Under the pieces are notes generated by a model. The model was not told where the DNA came from, did not search any database, and worked only from the letters and a program-made list of their open reading frames with translations. A stretch of DNA of 64,000 nt from the human T2T-CHM13v2.0 reference genome, Homo sapiens. Positions 51,906-64,000 of this stretch are shown here, piece after piece. Positions within the stretch are counted from its first letter, which is position 1, and each line of letters starts with the position of its first letter. The position numbers and the translations under genes were made by a program. Location of the stretch: the NCBI RefSeq assembly GCF_009914755.1, contig NC_060943.1; one strand, written 5' to 3'.

Positions 51906-52561
51906 ATGACTATCCACATCCTCATCCTGCTGTTGCTCCTCGCCTTCTCCGCCCAAGGGGACCTGGACACTGCAGCCAGGTGAGAAACCCGGGTGGCAGC
52001 AGGGACAGGGCGGGAGGGAGACCGTAAAGGGCGAGCGCCCTCTCCCGGCCGCGGAACGGGCAGGTGATCTGTAAGCCTCCCCGCTGGTCTTGGAGTGCTT
52101 GGGTGCCCACCTCCATCACGCTCCATCTCTCAATTCGGTTTGAACCCGGTTTTCTCCCACGCTCCCTCTCCAGGCGAGGCCAGCACCAGGTCCCCCAGCA
52201 CCGCGGGCACGTCTGCTACCTGGGCGTATGCCGGACCCACCGCCTGGCGGAGATCATATACTGGATTCGCTGTCTCCACCAAGGAGCCCTCGGGGAAGGC
52301 CAGCCACGAGCCCCAGGACCCCTACAGCTATGGGCGCCGCCGGTGGCGCGAGGCGGAAGCCCGGCTCGGTTCCCAGGATTCCGGCCTGCAGCGAGGGGGC
52401 TAGCGCAGTGCCCAGCTCGCTGGGTGACCTCGGGCACGGCTCGTCCCCTCCTCGGCTTCAGTTTGCCTATCTGTATGTTGGAGCTTCTACTCCACATTTC
52501 TTCTCCCCTAACTCCAGCCCCTGAAACCGTCTTCCCCAGTCCCTCCCCGGGCTGCGACTAG
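51906..52561 (+). CDS. ADM5: Putative adrenomedullin-5-like protein, 153 aa; frameshifted relative to functional mammalian AM5 and probably pseudogenised
   Basis: Exon 51906-51979 (signal peptide [18 protein letters not shown]) plus exon 52174-52561; calcitonin/CGRP-family ring CYLGVC followed by [10 protein letters not shown]; AATAAA at 52620-52625. Confidence 0.9.
52420..52485 (+). mobile_element. MIR SINE core within the annotated ADM5 frame
   Basis: TGGGTGACCTCGGGCACGG..CCTCCTCGGCTTCAGTTTGCCTATCTGTA resembles the MIR core GTGACCTTGGGCAAG..CCTCTCTGAGCCTCAGTTTCCTCATCTGTAAA. Confidence 0.6.
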
Positions 52562-52979
52562 GTTGGACCTAGAAGCACACGGGACCAGGCTGGGCGAAGA
52601 ACACTGACGCCCAGAGCCGAATAAACAAGAGTTCCGTGTTTCAGTCTCTGCTTCTCTGTACCTATTTCGACCTCTCAGTCGAGGCTGGGTCTCTAATATA
52701 CCTTTCTCTATTAGCCATGCTGCTTCTCCCTCACGGAAGTCCCACTGTCTACCTTGAATCCAACCCGCTGTGGCGCCTTTCTTGCCAACTCAATCCATGC
52801 ACCTTCCGTGGGTGGTTTTGGCGGGCCGTCCTGACCCCCAAACATCCCTCCTCCCTCCCTGGCGTGAAAGGGCTGAGATTTGCTCCGGCACCCTACGCGC
52901 CTGACGTTATAATGCACCTGGGGTGGGCTGCGACCTCCCAGCTGAGCCTTGTTCCTCGAAGAGACAGGAGACTAAGAGA

Positions 52980-53952
52980 CAATGAGCTGAGTGAGGAGCC
53001 CAGGAACCCGGGTTCCGAACAGCTGCGTAGAATGCGAGCGGCCAAATGGTGGAGAATCTGGCCGGGTAAAAGGAGACGGAGGACTGGGGATCGAACGGAT
53101 GTAGGGGATTGGACGCCGTGGCTCGAAGGGGGCGGGGATAGAACGCGGGGATTGGAAGGAGGCGGGGATAAAACCCGGGACCTGAATACCCGGCTAGGGA
53201 CACGAGAGACAGGAATCGGGGTTTCTGGGTGACGGTGATCTCGGGGTGGGCAGGACTCCAAAGGCCCGTCGACCCGGTGGTGGACTCCTTGCACTGGGAT
53301 TGGACATATGCAAGCGGGAGATTTGGGGCCGGCGCTCAAAATCGGGGGGCGGGGGTGGACTCGGGTTTGGACCCCAGGATCCGATCAGCGGACCCTTGAT
53401 TCAACGTGGTAAGTACTGGACCCCAGGGGCTCGGGCTCCGGCGGGGAGTCCTGTGTCTAGGGTTGGGCGTGCAAGCCTCTCCATCACTTGTCCTCGACGC
53501 TCGCCTCCGCTCACAGCCTCAGCATCCCAGGCTGCGAGGCATGCGCAGTGGGTGCTTCCTTCCCCATTCCCTCCAGCACGGGCGGGGGGAGGGGACGCTG
53601 AGCGGATGAATTTATAGACACCATCCCCCTCGCCTTGGCATGAAAAGCGGCAATGGGGTGGACAGCGTCAATGTCTAACAGGTGTTTGTTTCATATGGGT
53701 CTAAAACTAATGCTTTTCTCAAGACCCCGCAACTCAGCCTGGACCAGTTTCCCTCCTCCACCCACCCCCGAATCTTGAGAATCCTGTACTGGGGGGAGGG
53801 CACTGCCCCCGCACCATGTTCTTGGGAGAGCAGGTAAAGGGGTTAACGCGAGCTATCCCTCTGGCCTCTCTATGCGTTCCCAGAGGTCCCGAATTGACGT
53901 CCTTCCCTCAAAACCTCCGGGTCTACAAACCAGGACCCTCAAGACCCTTCAG
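52980..53952 (+). promoter_or_regulatory. CPT1C CpG-island promoter and non-coding exons (donor after 53408; candidate exon 53884-53952)
   Basis: GC boxes GGGGGCGGGG, strong donor GTG|GTAAGT after 53408, NRF1-like GGCATGCGCA ~53538. Confidence 0.65.
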
Positions 53953-54026
53953 GTGCTTAGAGAAGGATGAGCTAGGTTATGTAGTCCTGGGTCGGCGCAA
54001 AAAGGCAGCTGAAAGCGTGAGATCCC

Positions 54027-54280
54027 GGGTCTGAGGGAGGAGGGGCTGGGGCCTGGGCTTCTGGGTCTGAGGGAGGAGGGGCTGGGGGCCTGGACTCCTG
54101 GATCTGAGAGAGGAGGGGCTGGGGCCTGGGCTTCTGGGTCTGAGGGAGGAGGGGCTGGGGGCCTGGACTCCTGGATCTGAGAGAGGAGGGACTGGGGCCT
54201 GGACTCCTGGGTATGAAGGAGGAGGAGGGGCTGGGGGCCTGGACTCCTGAGTCTGAGGGCGGAGGGGCTGGGGTCCTGAA
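54027..54280 (+). repeat. MSR1 minisatellite, about 7 units of 36-40 bp
   Basis: Tandem GGGTCTGAGGGAGGAGGGGCTGGGGGCCTGGACTCCT units, the chr19q13.3-enriched MSR1 consensus. Confidence 0.92.
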
Positions 54281-54315
54281 GTATGACTCTGCCCGACTCA
54301 GGGCTCCAGCGTGAC

Positions 54316-63755
<9,440 letters not shown>

Positions 63756-63859
63756 TGAGCTCGCCTGCTAAACTTGCGAGTTATACGCCCTGCCCCACGA
63801 CACGCCCACAACCCACACGCCCCCAGCCCCCAAGGGTCAATACCCTGAGCCCCGCTCAC

Positions 63860-64000
63860 ATACATCTATATCCTAACCTCCACATTTATATATATATAAA
63901 AATATATATGTATATATATTTATTTATATATAAATATATAGTGTATATATAAATATATATATTTATTTATAAATATATATATTTATATTTATATACAAAT
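63860..64000. repeat. (TA)n-rich low-complexity repeat, truncated by the window end
   Basis: TATATATATAAA/ATTTATTTAT run. Confidence 0.9.

Noticed and set aside
53655-53672. GGACAGCGTC resembling a REST RE1 half-site near CPT1C
   Set aside because: No left half-site (TTCAGCACC) at a usable spacing

Overview
Human DNA from the gene-dense, Alu-rich chr19q13.33 cluster. In order: RRAS exon 1 and promoter (-), complete SCAF1 (+), complete IRF3 (-), complete BCL2L12 (+, head-to-head with IRF3), complete PRMT1 (+, with MIR5088 in an intron), ADM5 (+, frameshifted adrenomedullin-5) and the first five coding exons of CPT1C (+). I rebuilt all exon chains by hand from GT-AG sites and reading phase, and they close in frame. 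Several alleles differ from my recollection of the reference proteins (IRF3 T427, SCAF1 P420, SCAF1 two codons shorter), suggesting a non-GRCh38 haplotype. The most interesting signals are: (1) five GC-box+octamer composite modules in the RRAS promoter; (2) three Pol II CTD-like Y-x-P motifs at exact 10-aa spacing plus an EEGEI ARS2-type motif in SCAF1; (3) an intact amidated ADM5 C-terminus in the +1 frame, while the annotated frame runs into a MIR; (4) a CCAAT-rich candidate promoter with an in-frame strong-Kozak ATG inside BCL2L12 intron 5; (5) a duplicated ZNF143-motif/(UG)n hairpin module in the last IRF3 intron. All functional interpretations are untested inference.
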